From an uncultured Gammaproteobacteria bacterium (GTDB lineage Bacteria > Pseudomonadota > Gammaproteobacteria > Magnimaribacterales > D2472), in NCBI GenBank assembly GCA_964523375.1, contig CAZFYG010000003.1:35471-99470 (forward strand): a stretch of DNA of 64,000 bases, written 5' to 3'. Both the position numbers and the translations under genes were made by a program. This document shows, piece by piece, positions 41,167-50,115 of the stretch; position 1 is the stretch's first letter; the number at the start of each line of letters is the position of its first letter. Under the pieces are notes generated by a model that did no database searches, had not been told where the DNA came from, and was given only the letters and a program-made list of their open reading frames with translations.

Positions 41167-41251
41167 TTTATATATATTTAAATTAACAATTTATTTTAAC
41201 TAAGCTATTTGTTGGAGTAAAACTATAAATTTGCACAGTAGATGAGTTTAA

Positions 41252-41773
41252 TTACCTTATACTTTTAGAAAAACCTGTATAGTCTGTCTCAGATCTTTTA
41301 TAGTCAAGTTCACTACCTTCACCATAAATCTCTCTTTCAAACCATTCTATAAACTCTTGATCTCTAGTTATTTTCCAGAAATCCCAAACAGTCCTTGCTA
41401 AAGGAGTTTTAAATGTACCTAGCTTCAATGCGTTCATTCGCGTTTCTAGATGTTTATTATTAACAAAATTGTCCTGAACCTTTTCATAAACGTCAAAAAT
41501 ATCAACCAAAGTTGTAATTAAGAACATTGAGACTCTAACTCTTTCCTCATCGCTCAAATCTCCAGACCAATCTTTAGACAAGAAAGCACTAAACTCACCG
41601 TCTTTTGAGGAAGCAAAGTACCTATCATACTGCCTTTGAGTTAGAGAATGGCCAAATTGAGCTTTTGTAATTTGATTTTGTTGATGAATTTGAATTGCAA
41701 GATAAACAACTGAAACAACAACTCCCATAGCTGCAATGATTTGAACAATTAAAACAATAGAATCATTAGTCAT
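41252..41773 (-). CDS. Hypothetical protein with an N-terminal TM helix
   Basis: Hydrophobic N-terminus (IVQIIAAMGVVVSVVYLAIQI) and a soluble helical body; co-oriented with its neighbours. Confidence 0.75.
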   Translation of the reverse strand: MTNDSIVLIVQIIAAMGVVVSVVYLAIQIHQQNQITKAQFGHSLTQRQYDRYFASSKDGEFSAFLSKDWSGDLSDEERVRVSMFLITTLVDIFDVYEKVQDNFVNNKHLETRMNALKLGTFKTPLARTVWDFWKITRDQEFIEWFEREIYGEGSELDYKRSETDYTGFSKSIR

Positions 41774-41779
41774 AGGAAG

Positions 41780-42505
41780 TTACTCAATAATATATTTAAT
41801 CATATCATTATAATAAGGTCTCAATTGATCAGACAAGGCTCTAGCTTTGTCTGAAAGAGGTTTTTGACTACTAAACCCCCCTGTTACAAAGCCTGTAGAT
41901 GTCATTACAGATGGGTACCAGTGTTTTGCCCATATACCATCGTAATCTTTGATACCAGAGGTCCACTTAAGCATTTTTGAATCCCATGGAATACCAATTT
42001 TTAAACAAAGCTTCCTAAGTTCGCTCTCTGGATCTTTTAATACCAAAGATGTGTCTATAACAGGACATGCTGCTCCAGCTTTATCAGAAATAATATTAAA
42101 AATTTTATGTTGTTGAATAAATCCAAAGTCCTCAAGCTTACCATCTGGCCATTTAGCAAGAAAACTAGCTACAACTAAATCCGGGTCTCGTAATAAAAAA
42201 CAATTTATAGAATTAGTAACCCAATCCAAAGAATCATAATTGAATATATGTTGTGACATATGCTTATGATAACTATAGCCACTCTCCTCTTCAGTGGAGC
42301 AGATTTGCTCTACTGATTTATATGATGTATTCATTGTTGAAATAATTTCATCTATCATCGGATGATTTTTATTTGTTTTTTTTAGATAAGCCCCGTAAAA
42401 AGGCTCATCCGTAACAGATGTAACATCAGACCTATTTCCAAAACTTCTCATCATTGCAGTTGATAAGTTTCTAGGCCCTGACCACATGGCAATGATATTT
42501 TTCAT
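41780..42505 (-). CDS. Sulfotransferase-like P-loop protein
   Basis: MWSGPRNLSTAMMRSF, DEPFY, KHMSQH, LLRDP, WAKHWY. Confidence 0.8.
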   Translation of the reverse strand: MKNIIAMWSGPRNLSTAMMRSFGNRSDVTSVTDEPFYGAYLKKTNKNHPMIDEIISTMNTSYKSVEQICSTEEESGYSYHKHMSQHIFNYDSLDWVTNSINCFLLRDPDLVVASFLAKWPDGKLEDFGFIQQHKIFNIISDKAGAACPVIDTSLVLKDPESELRKLCLKIGIPWDSKMLKWTSGIKDYDGIWAKHWYPSVMTSTGFVTGGFSSQKPLSDKARALSDQLRPYYNDMIKYIIE

Positions 42506-42510
42506 AGTTT

Positions 42511-43395
42511 CTAGAGGTTGAGATAGAGTTTCTTGAGACGTATATTCATGGGACCTGGTTGATCTGAGTTACCTATAGACCTTCCATCAATATTAATAAC
42601 GTGTCTCAATGAACCAAGCGTACCAGTAATAAAAGCCTCATCCGCTGAGTAAACGTCAACAAGGGAAAAATTCTTCTCATAAACAGGTATATTATTTTCT
42701 TTACATACATGAATTACTTTTTTTCTAGTTATTCCATTCATACAATAATCACCCGAGCTCGTAAAGACCTCACCATTTTTTATAATAAAAAAATTACATG
42801 AATTAGTAGTATTTACAAAACCATGAGGATCAAGCATCAATGCCTCATCGGCTCCCATTTTTTTTGCTTGAATGCAGGCAAGTATACAATTTAATTTAGA
42901 ATGGCTATTTAACTTTGGGTCCTGACTCATTGGCAAGCCTCTAACCTGAGGGACTGTGGCTAATTTAATACCATCATTGGATTTTGCATCATCAGAATGC
43001 TCCAAGATAATAACCAAACTAGGACCATCTTTTGACAAATCAGGTTGCTGAAAAGGCTTTACTTTTTCACCTCTCGTAACCATAAGTCTTGCATGCGCAT
43101 TATCAACCATTTTGTTTGCTACTCTAGTTTCCTCTAAGGCACCAATAACTTCACTTTTTGACATTGATAGGTTTATATCTATTGCTTTTAGACCCTCAAA
43201 CAAACGATCAATGTGTTCATCTAAAAAAATCCAATTACCATCAACAAGCCTTAACCCCTCCCATATACCATCACCCATTAAGAAACCGCTATCATAAACA
43301 GATATTTTTGCATCTTGTCTTTTATACAAAGAACCATTTATGTAAATTAAGATGTCTTTATTTTTATTTAAATGTGATTGGATGTGATTAGCCAT
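42511..43395 (-). CDS. Class IV (fold-type IV) PLP aminotransferase, BCAT/D-AAT-like
   Basis: SVYDSGFLMGDGIWEG, DPKLNSHSK, EALMLD, GITR, ADEAFITGT. Confidence 0.9.
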   Translation of the reverse strand: MANHIQSHLNKNKDILIYINGSLYKRQDAKISVYDSGFLMGDGIWEGLRLVDGNWIFLDEHIDRLFEGLKAIDINLSMSKSEVIGALEETRVANKMVDNAHARLMVTRGEKVKPFQQPDLSKDGPSLVIILEHSDDAKSNDGIKLATVPQVRGLPMSQDPKLNSHSKLNCILACIQAKKMGADEALMLDPHGFVNTTNSCNFFIIKNGEVFTSSGDYCMNGITRKKVIHVCKENNIPVYEKNFSLVDVYSADEAFITGTLGSLRHVINIDGRSIGNSDQPGPMNIRLKKLYLNL

Positions 43396-43494
43396 TTTTA
43401 AAACAGTTATTAGTTAATACTTATTACATCTTTTGCTAACGGTCTAGTCAACATAAATTAGTAAAAATTATTTGTAATATGCTTTAATTAAAAA

Positions 43495-44370
43495 ATGAAA
43501 AAACTATCTACCTTTTTAGTTATTTGTTGGTATTTACTTTCCTATTTCATTTCAATAATAGTTTTAGATCAAATAAGCATAATTGAAAATATATGGATAA
43601 GAATATTAATTGCTCATATTGTGGCCACGATTATTATATATGTGGGTAGTTTGGTGCATAATAATTCAAGTCTCTATGATCCATTTTGGTCTGTTGCGCC
43701 TATCCCTATTACTTTTTACTTATTTTTTACTCCCGGACTAAGCAATATTACATGCTTGAATAAGTTATTTATTACTTTTCCTATTTTTATTTGGTCAGTG
43801 AGGCTAACTAGAAATTGGTTTATTTCCTGGGATGGCTTTAGTCATGAGGATTTTAGGTATATCAATCTTAAGAAGGGAAATAAACTAAAGCTTGAATTTA
43901 TCAATTTTACAGGAATCCATCTTATTCCAACTTTACAAGTCAATCTATCATTGGCCCCATTGTATTTTATACACAATAGTGTCGAGCTAAATGAAACTAA
44001 CTTCTTATTAATATTAGCAAGTATTTTTACTATGCTGGCTGTAGCTATAGAAACATTAGCAGATGAACAAATGAGGTTATTTAAAAAAGATAGATTGAAT
44101 GACGGTACCACCATGACTAAAGGTCTTTGGCATTATTCAAGACATCCAAATTACTTTGGTGAAGTTATGTTTTGGGTAGGAATTTATCTTATGGCTATAT
44201 TAACAACAGAAACGCCTACTTGGCTCCTAATAGCTCCAGTTTCTATGCTTATGTTATTTATTTTTATATCCTGTCCAATTATGGATAACAGAAGCTTGGA
44301 AAGAAGACATGACTACCAATCCTATATGACTAAGACCTCATCTCTTATTCCGTGGGTTCCTAAAAAATAG
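43495..44370 (+). CDS. DUF1295 (steroid 5-alpha-reductase-like) membrane protein
   Basis: NSSLYDPFWS, EDFRY, ADEQM, GLWHYSRHPNYFGE. Confidence 0.88.
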   Translation: MKKLSTFLVICWYLLSYFISIIVLDQISIIENIWIRILIAHIVATIIIYVGSLVHNNSSLYDPFWSVAPIPITFYLFFTPGLSNITCLNKLFITFPIFIWSVRLTRNWFISWDGFSHEDFRYINLKKGNKLKLEFINFTGIHLIPTLQVNLSLAPLYFIHNSVELNETNFLLILASIFTMLAVAIETLADEQMRLFKKDRLNDGTTMTKGLWHYSRHPNYFGEVMFWVGIYLMAILTTETPTWLLIAPVSMLMLFIFISCPIMDNRSLERRHDYQSYMTKTSSLIPWVPKK

Positions 44371-44372
44371 AC

Positions 44373-44401
44373 AAAAAAAAGCACCGACAAGCGGTGCTTT
44401 T
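44373..44401. terminator. Bidirectional intrinsic terminator between DUF1295 and the TonB receptor
   Basis: A8-GCACCG-ACAAG-CGGTGC-TTTT. Confidence 0.85.
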
Positions 44402-44416
44402 AAAGTCTAGATTAAA

Positions 44417-47119
44417 TTACAGTGTAATTTTAAAACCAAGGTATGACATTACTCCTCTTGGGTCATGATGTTTCGCATCATAACTAAAGTTAGCAGCATC
44501 ATAAACCTGAGGTGCCTCTTCATCTGTTGCATTATTAACACCAGCTGACAAAGTAATCATAGATTCACCCCATTCAAGATCAAATGTATATTTAAGATCT
44601 AAAGTAGTGAAACTATCAATGTCCTGAGTATAACCATTCGCAGCAGCTGAAGCAGGAATTGCTCTAGTAGTTTCATATTCTGAAACATTTCTAATAAATG
44701 CTGCAAAATTATGATTACCGTTCGAAAGCATACCTGTAATTACAGATTTAGTTTCAGGCATGGATCTAGCAAAGTTATCATGGTTGAATAAACCAACAAC
44801 ATCTTTAGTTCCGCCAGCCCCATCAGGAATCTTATACTCTAGCATTCTAGCTGTATTAAGACCTATTGATGCTTGTCCTAATGGTGTATCAAAGCTGTAA
44901 GTCGCTTCAAGATCAAAACCACTTGCATCAATACTTGCTGCATTGAAATAACTAGTAGTAACACCAACAAGAGTTCCATTTGTTCTAATGATATCTGTAG
45001 AATCTGGGTTAGCTATAATTTTCCCTTGAGCACTCTCAAGAGTAACAACATTTTTATAATCAACAGTCCAGTAATCAAGTGTTACAGATGTTTGATCGTT
45101 TGGAGTCCAAATAGCACCAAAATTCATATTATCAGATTCTTCTGGGGTTAAGTTTTCATTTTTCGCAACTGCAACTCTAATAAATGAAACACTGCCTCTC
45201 GTTGTTCCATCAGTATTAAAGTCTTGTAAACCTTGAAGTGAAACTAATGAAGAACTTAATTGTGAGAGAGAAGGTTCTCTAAACGAAGTACTGTAAGATC
45301 CCCTTAGAACTAGCTCATCAGACATTTGATATCTTAATGAAGCTTTAGGGTTGTATGTGGATTCAGAATCTAAGTTCTCAAATCTAGCAGCACCTTTAAA
45401 TGAAAGTTTATCAGTAAGATCTTTTCCAGCTTCAACAAAAAATGCTGTTGAGTCTCTTCTTGACTCACTTTCAAGTCCGCCACCTAAAAATATTAGGTCT
45501 GATTGCTGGGAAATACTTCCATCTTCAGCAAATAATGTTGTTGATTCATCATTCCTAACAATTTTAAATGCTTCGTTTTTGTATTGGAATCCTGTAGCAA
45601 CATCCCAACCTCTTCTTTCGCCTGTTAGAACAACATCAAAGACTTGAAGTTTAGAATCAGTCCATCTTTCTTCACCAGAAGAAATATAGTCAATTAATGA
45701 AGCAGAGTTTGAAGTTGGATCAAATAGGTTCCATGACTCAGTACCGCTAGCACCACCAACACCATTTATAGCAGCACCAAATCTGGATGTGCTTGTATCA
45801 GGTTGAAAAACGTAAGCTGATTGCGAACTTTCTGTATAGTGAACATCCCAGTCCATTCCATTATCTAAAACTCCATTAAAGCCCATAGAAACTCTAGAGT
45901 TTTGGTTTTCCCTTGGAGCAAGCGGAGATGGGAACGCTGAGCCAAGTGCTCTCCCGATCCATAATACTGGAGTAGCAAAAGGACTTCCAGCCATTCCAGG
46001 CATAATAGGTATACCTAAATATGATAATGCAGGGTATGAAGGGGACTGAGGGTTATCATTAACATTCACATCAGTAGCCATATAATCTAATTCAAAACCA
46101 ACACCATTATCTAGAGTTGTTTTCACAGAAGTATAGATACTTGTGTGATCCTCATCATTCACTAGGTTAAATCTGTCTCCATAATAGAAACCACATCTTT
46201 GACCACCATCAAAATCACCAAGTCCAGGGACGGCACCATATATGTTCGCATTAGGAACTAAAATACCATCATTAGCAACACAATTAGCATCAGGTACATT
46301 TTCACCATAGTAATAAAAACCTGCATAAGGTCCTGATGCAACCTCTGTAAGAGGATCTGCTAATATTCCACCAATTGTTGTAGCATTAAATCCGCCAATA
46401 AGTGATGGAAGATTTAAAACCGCAAAACTATTACCAAAACCACTTATCGCATTTTCAGAATATGCTGATAGGTCTTTACCTTCAAAAGGAGATCTATTTA
46501 ATTCACTGTAAGCAACAACAACATTAGTATTACCAAAGTCCTTGCCCCATATTACTCCAACTCGATCATCAGTTTGATCGCCAAGGTCAGTTTTTGATTG
46601 AGATATATTTACCTCAACACCTTCAAAGTCCCTTCTTAAAATATAATTAACAACACCGGCAACAGCATCTGAACCATATATAGATGCAGCACCTTCTTTA
46701 AGAACTTCTACTCGTTCAAGAGCAATAACAGGTATGCTGTTAGTATCTACAAATACACTACCATCATTAGCAGTATTAGCTGCTACTGCATTTCTTCTAC
46801 CATCAATTAAAACAAGAGTTGAAGAAAGACCTAAGCCTCTTAAGTTAACGTTTGAAGTACCTTGAGTTGAACCAGCAGTAAATGAATCAGGATTATTTTC
46901 AGAACCTGAGTTTACTGTTAAGTTTGCTGTAATGTCAGCTACAGATGTGGCTCCAAGCAAGTCAATAGTATCTCTACTTATAACCTCTACTGGAGACGCG
47001 CCATCTTCAGCACTTCCCTTTAGATAAGAACCAGTTACTACAACCTCTTCCACATCTTGTGCAAAAGAAAATCCAGTAAAAAGAACTAATGAAAAAATAA
47101 ACGATTGAATTAATTTCAT
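44417..47119 (-). CDS. TonB-dependent outer membrane receptor
   Basis: Signal peptide, TonB box EEVVVTGS, plug motifs NLRGLG and ERVEVLKEGAASIYGSDAVAGVVN, NENLTPEES; strong RBS AGGGGGAG. Confidence 0.93.
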   Translation of the reverse strand: MKLIQSFIFSLVLFTGFSFAQDVEEVVVTGSYLKGSAEDGASPVEVISRDTIDLLGATSVADITANLTVNSGSENNPDSFTAGSTQGTSNVNLRGLGLSSTLVLIDGRRNAVAANTANDGSVFVDTNSIPVIALERVEVLKEGAASIYGSDAVAGVVNYILRRDFEGVEVNISQSKTDLGDQTDDRVGVIWGKDFGNTNVVVAYSELNRSPFEGKDLSAYSENAISGFGNSFAVLNLPSLIGGFNATTIGGILADPLTEVASGPYAGFYYYGENVPDANCVANDGILVPNANIYGAVPGLGDFDGGQRCGFYYGDRFNLVNDEDHTSIYTSVKTTLDNGVGFELDYMATDVNVNDNPQSPSYPALSYLGIPIMPGMAGSPFATPVLWIGRALGSAFPSPLAPRENQNSRVSMGFNGVLDNGMDWDVHYTESSQSAYVFQPDTSTSRFGAAINGVGGASGTESWNLFDPTSNSASLIDYISSGEERWTDSKLQVFDVVLTGERRGWDVATGFQYKNEAFKIVRNDESTTLFAEDGSISQQSDLIFLGGGLESESRRDSTAFFVEAGKDLTDKLSFKGAARFENLDSESTYNPKASLRYQMSDELVLRGSYSTSFREPSLSQLSSSLVSLQGLQDFNTDGTTRGSVSFIRVAVAKNENLTPEESDNMNFGAIWTPNDQTSVTLDYWTVDYKNVVTLESAQGKIIANPDSTDIIRTNGTLVGVTTSYFNAASIDASGFDLEATYSFDTPLGQASIGLNTARMLEYKIPDGAGGTKDVVGLFNHDNFARSMPETKSVITGMLSNGNHNFAAFIRNVSEYETTRAIPASAAANGYTQDIDSFTTLDLKYTFDLEWGESMITLSAGVNNATDEEAPQVYDAANFSYDAKHHDPRGVMSYLGFKITL

Positions 47120-47270
47120 AATACTCCCCCTTGAGTTTAAAAATATTAATATTCAGCAAGCACTTTATGTACTCACAGCCTAATTTTGCACTGTTAATAA
47201 AGAATAGCAATAGTATTGTGCATAATTGCCCAACAAAATTTAGGTTAATAAAGTGGCTTTATTAATTTAT

Positions 47271-48227
47271 TTATGGTCTTAATTGCTGAGACTTTTCAGA
47301 CCGCAGATGTATGAAGAAGAAATAAGTTGCTACAGCACTAAGCAAATGCCATATTCCATGTGCTTGAAAAATGGAATCTGGATTACAGTTTGCATTATCA
47401 GGTGTACCTGTTAGCCAAATTGCAAAAGCAGACATATAAGCAAGCATCCCTAAAAAATACCATTTATAACTTCTTATGCCAGTTGGCTTTTTATCTGCCA
47501 ACAGGCCAGGCAGCCAAAATAGAAAAACCCACCAAAATGATTCTGGGTTGGCCAGTATATCGCCTATTGTTGTTCCAAAAAGAAACAATACTAAAAAGCC
47601 TACAAACCCAGATAAAAATCTATTAATAGGTGACCAGAATTTATATAAAAACTCTGATATAACCCAAAGACCGATAGAAGTTCCAAATAAATTAAAACCT
47701 ATGCCTAAATCCCAAGAGGTAAACCATCTGGCAACAGAGTAAATAATGACAATGGAGAAGTATGTTTTTATAAGTTTGGATGATGACCATCTACCCATTA
47801 ATGAGACGTTGTATAGCCATGGAAAAATAATATACATTATCATACTCAAGTTATCAGCCCACCCACCCCATTCTGTATTTGTTCCATGCATTAACATCGA
47901 ACCAGGGCCAAGCCACCATGCAGCAGATGCATATAAAATTGAGATTGGCGTTAAACCTATAAACTTATTATCAGGAGAAGTTTCTTCGTGTGATATAACC
48001 CAAAAAATATAAAGGCCAACAACCATAAAACCTAAATTGCTTAAAGTATTAACAGGTTCTCTAAATGCTCCGCTACTAACTCTTTCACACCATCTCGATG
48101 CTTCTCCAATTAGGCTAGTATCAGATGAGTTAATCAAACCTGATAACCCTAAAACATAAAATATAATTAAAAATATTATCGAGATAACAAGTGCAATATT
48201 GAATGGAGAATATTTTATATTTAACAT
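47271..48227 (-). CDS. Alkaline ceramidase-like (CREST superfamily) membrane hydrolase (start moved to ATG 48227)
   Basis: WCER...EPVNTLSNL, GSMLMHG (SxxxH), HGIWH (HxxxH), multiple TM helices. Confidence 0.78.
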   Translation of the reverse strand: MLNIKYSPFNIALVISIIFLIIFYVLGLSGLINSSDTSLIGEASRWCERVSSGAFREPVNTLSNLGFMVVGLYIFWVISHEETSPDNKFIGLTPISILYASAAWWLGPGSMLMHGTNTEWGGWADNLSMIMYIIFPWLYNVSLMGRWSSSKLIKTYFSIVIIYSVARWFTSWDLGIGFNLFGTSIGLWVISEFLYKFWSPINRFLSGFVGFLVLFLFGTTIGDILANPESFWWVFLFWLPGLLADKKPTGIRSYKWYFLGMLAYMSAFAIWLTGTPDNANCNPDSIFQAHGIWHLLSAVATYFFFIHLRSEKSQQLRP

Positions 48228-48312
48228 TAAAATCCTTTTTTTAGAGATATTAAATTTATATCTAAATAATATACAAATTTTTAATACATACAATAGAGCA
48301 ATATTTAAAAAC

Positions 48313-48338
48313 AAAAAAGGGCCCGTGAAGAGCCCTTT
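48313..48338 (-). terminator. Intrinsic terminator after etfA
   Basis: AAAGGGC / GCCCTTT stem with a T run on the minus strand. Confidence 0.7.
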
Positions 48339-48353
48339 GTTAGATTTATAGTT

Positions 48354-49283
48354 TTATAGTTGGGAATCTAATTCTGGCAAAGCATTAAATAAATCTGCCA
48401 CTAAACCATAATCTGCAACTTGAAAAATAGGCGCATCCTCATCTTTATTTATTGCAACGATAACCTTAGAGTCCTTCATGCCTGCTAAATGCTGTATAGC
48501 TCCAGAAATACCTACAGCTATATATAAATCAGGCGCAACAATTTTACCTGTCTGACCAACCTGGTAGTCATTTGGAACAAATCCTGCGTCTACTGCTGCC
48601 CTTGATGCTCCAACAGCTGCTCCAAGTTTATCGGCAATCGAATCAAGCAAATGGAAATTCTCACCTGACTGCATCCCTCTTCCACCAGAAATAATAATAT
48701 CTGCCGCAGTAAGCTCAGGCCTATCGCTTTCTGCAATTTCTTCAGAAACAAATTGGCTTATATTTAATGAATCTACAGGATTAACATTAACAACTTCTAC
48801 ATCAGCGCTATTTTGAGTAACAGCGTCAAATGCTGTTGATCTTACGGTTATAACTTTCAATGCATCATTTGACTTTACAGTTGCTATACAGCTACCAGCG
48901 TAGATTGGTCTTTTAAAGGTATCTGCAGATTCAACAGAAATAATATCTGATATTTGTTGTGTATCCAGCTTTGCAGCAACTCTAGGCATTAAGTTTTTAC
49001 CAAATGTCGTAGCAGGAGCTAAAATATTTGAATAATCTGCAGATAAAGACACAACCAATGCTGATACATCTTCCGCTATTTGATTTAAATATAACGGATC
49101 ATTTGAATGGATAATTTTAGAAACACCATCAACCTGCTGACACTCAGTAACAACACTTTCACAATCTGAACCAGCAACTAAAATATGAATATCAACACCA
49201 AGTTGAGTTGCAGCCGCAACAGTATTAAGTGTTGAACCCTTTAAGTTATTATTATCATGTTCTGCTATTACTAATGTACTCAT
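48354..49283 (-). CDS. etfA: Electron transfer flavoprotein alpha subunit
   Basis: [45 protein letters not shown]. Confidence 0.97.
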   Translation of the reverse strand: MSTLVIAEHDNNNLKGSTLNTVAAATQLGVDIHILVAGSDCESVVTECQQVDGVSKIIHSNDPLYLNQIAEDVSALVVSLSADYSNILAPATTFGKNLMPRVAAKLDTQQISDIISVESADTFKRPIYAGSCIATVKSNDALKVITVRSTAFDAVTQNSADVEVVNVNPVDSLNISQFVSEEIAESDRPELTAADIIISGGRGMQSGENFHLLDSIADKLGAAVGASRAAVDAGFVPNDYQVGQTGKIVAPDLYIAVGISGAIQHLAGMKDSKVIVAINKDEDAPIFQVADYGLVADLFNALPELDSQL

Positions 49284-50032
49284 GAGATCACCTTTGCTTC
49301 ATTTTTAAGTTTATCAACCAATTGATCGACTGAGTCAACCATAATTCCTGCTGCTCTGGCTTCGGGCAGTTCTACTTTGAGTAATTCGGTTCTTGGCGAT
49401 GCATCAACACCAGTATCTACCAAAGGAATTACTTTTAGTTCCTTCTTTTTTGCTTTCATAATATTTGGAAGAGATGCGTATCTAGGTTCATTCAAACGCA
49501 AGTCTGTTGTCACAATTGCAGGAGTTGTTAACTTCAATGTTTGAAGACCACCATCAATTTCTCTTGTTACTGATACTGTTCCATCTTCTATGATAAGTTC
49601 AGATGCATTAGTGGCTTGAGGTAAATCAAGAATCGCTCCAAGCATTTGCCCAGTTTGGTTGTTATCACCATCAATTGCTTGTTTACCAAGAATAATAAGG
49701 TCAGGTGATTCATCATTAACAACTTTAGCTAAAACTTTTGCTAGAGCCAAGGGTTCAAGCAATGAATCACATTCAACCAGAATTGCTCTATCGGCACCAA
49801 GTGCTAAAGCAGTTCTTAATTGTTCTTGAGATTCTGTTTTGCCTATAGTAATAGCAATAACCTCAGAAGCCTTGCCTGACTCTTTAACTCTAACGGCCTC
49901 TTCTAACGCTATTTCACAAAAAGGATTTACAGACATTTTTACATTATTTAAATCAACATTTGAATTGTCACCTAGAGGTCTAACTTTTACGTTATAGTCA
50001 ACCACTCTTTTAATTGGAACTAGTATTTTCAT
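49280..50032 (-). CDS. etfB: Electron transfer flavoprotein beta subunit
   Basis: [42 protein letters not shown]. Confidence 0.97.
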   Translation of the reverse strand: MKILVPIKRVVDYNVKVRPLGDNSNVDLNNVKMSVNPFCEIALEEAVRVKESGKASEVIAITIGKTESQEQLRTALALGADRAILVECDSLLEPLALAKVLAKVVNDESPDLIILGKQAIDGDNNQTGQMLGAILDLPQATNASELIIEDGTVSVTREIDGGLQTLKLTTPAIVTTDLRLNEPRYASLPNIMKAKKKELKVIPLVDTGVDASPRTELLKVELPEARAAGIMVDSVDQLVDKLKNEAKVIS

Positions 50033-50081
50033 ATTTAACTCTTAATTTAGGGGTTTATCGGGCTATAATTGTAATGTCTTT

Positions 50082-50096
50082 TGTAAACATTTTACA
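50082..50096. promoter_or_regulatory. HexR/RccR-type box in the divergent etfB / ETF-QO promoter region
   Basis: TGTAA-ACATT-TTACA. Confidence 0.55.
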
Positions 50097-50115
50097 GCAA
50101 TAAGTGAGGTTAATT

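Noticed and set aside
47120-47270. Cobalamin/TPP riboswitch, Fur box or sigma54 promoter before the TonB receptor
   Set aside because: No conserved riboswitch core, GATAATnATTATC-like box or correctly spaced GG-N10-GC was recognised by eye; an Rfam scan would settle it.
48245-48263. Near-palindrome AGATATTAAATTTATATCT upstream of the ceramidase-like gene
   Set aside because: Almost all A/T, a single copy and no regulator nearby; not distinguishable from chance.
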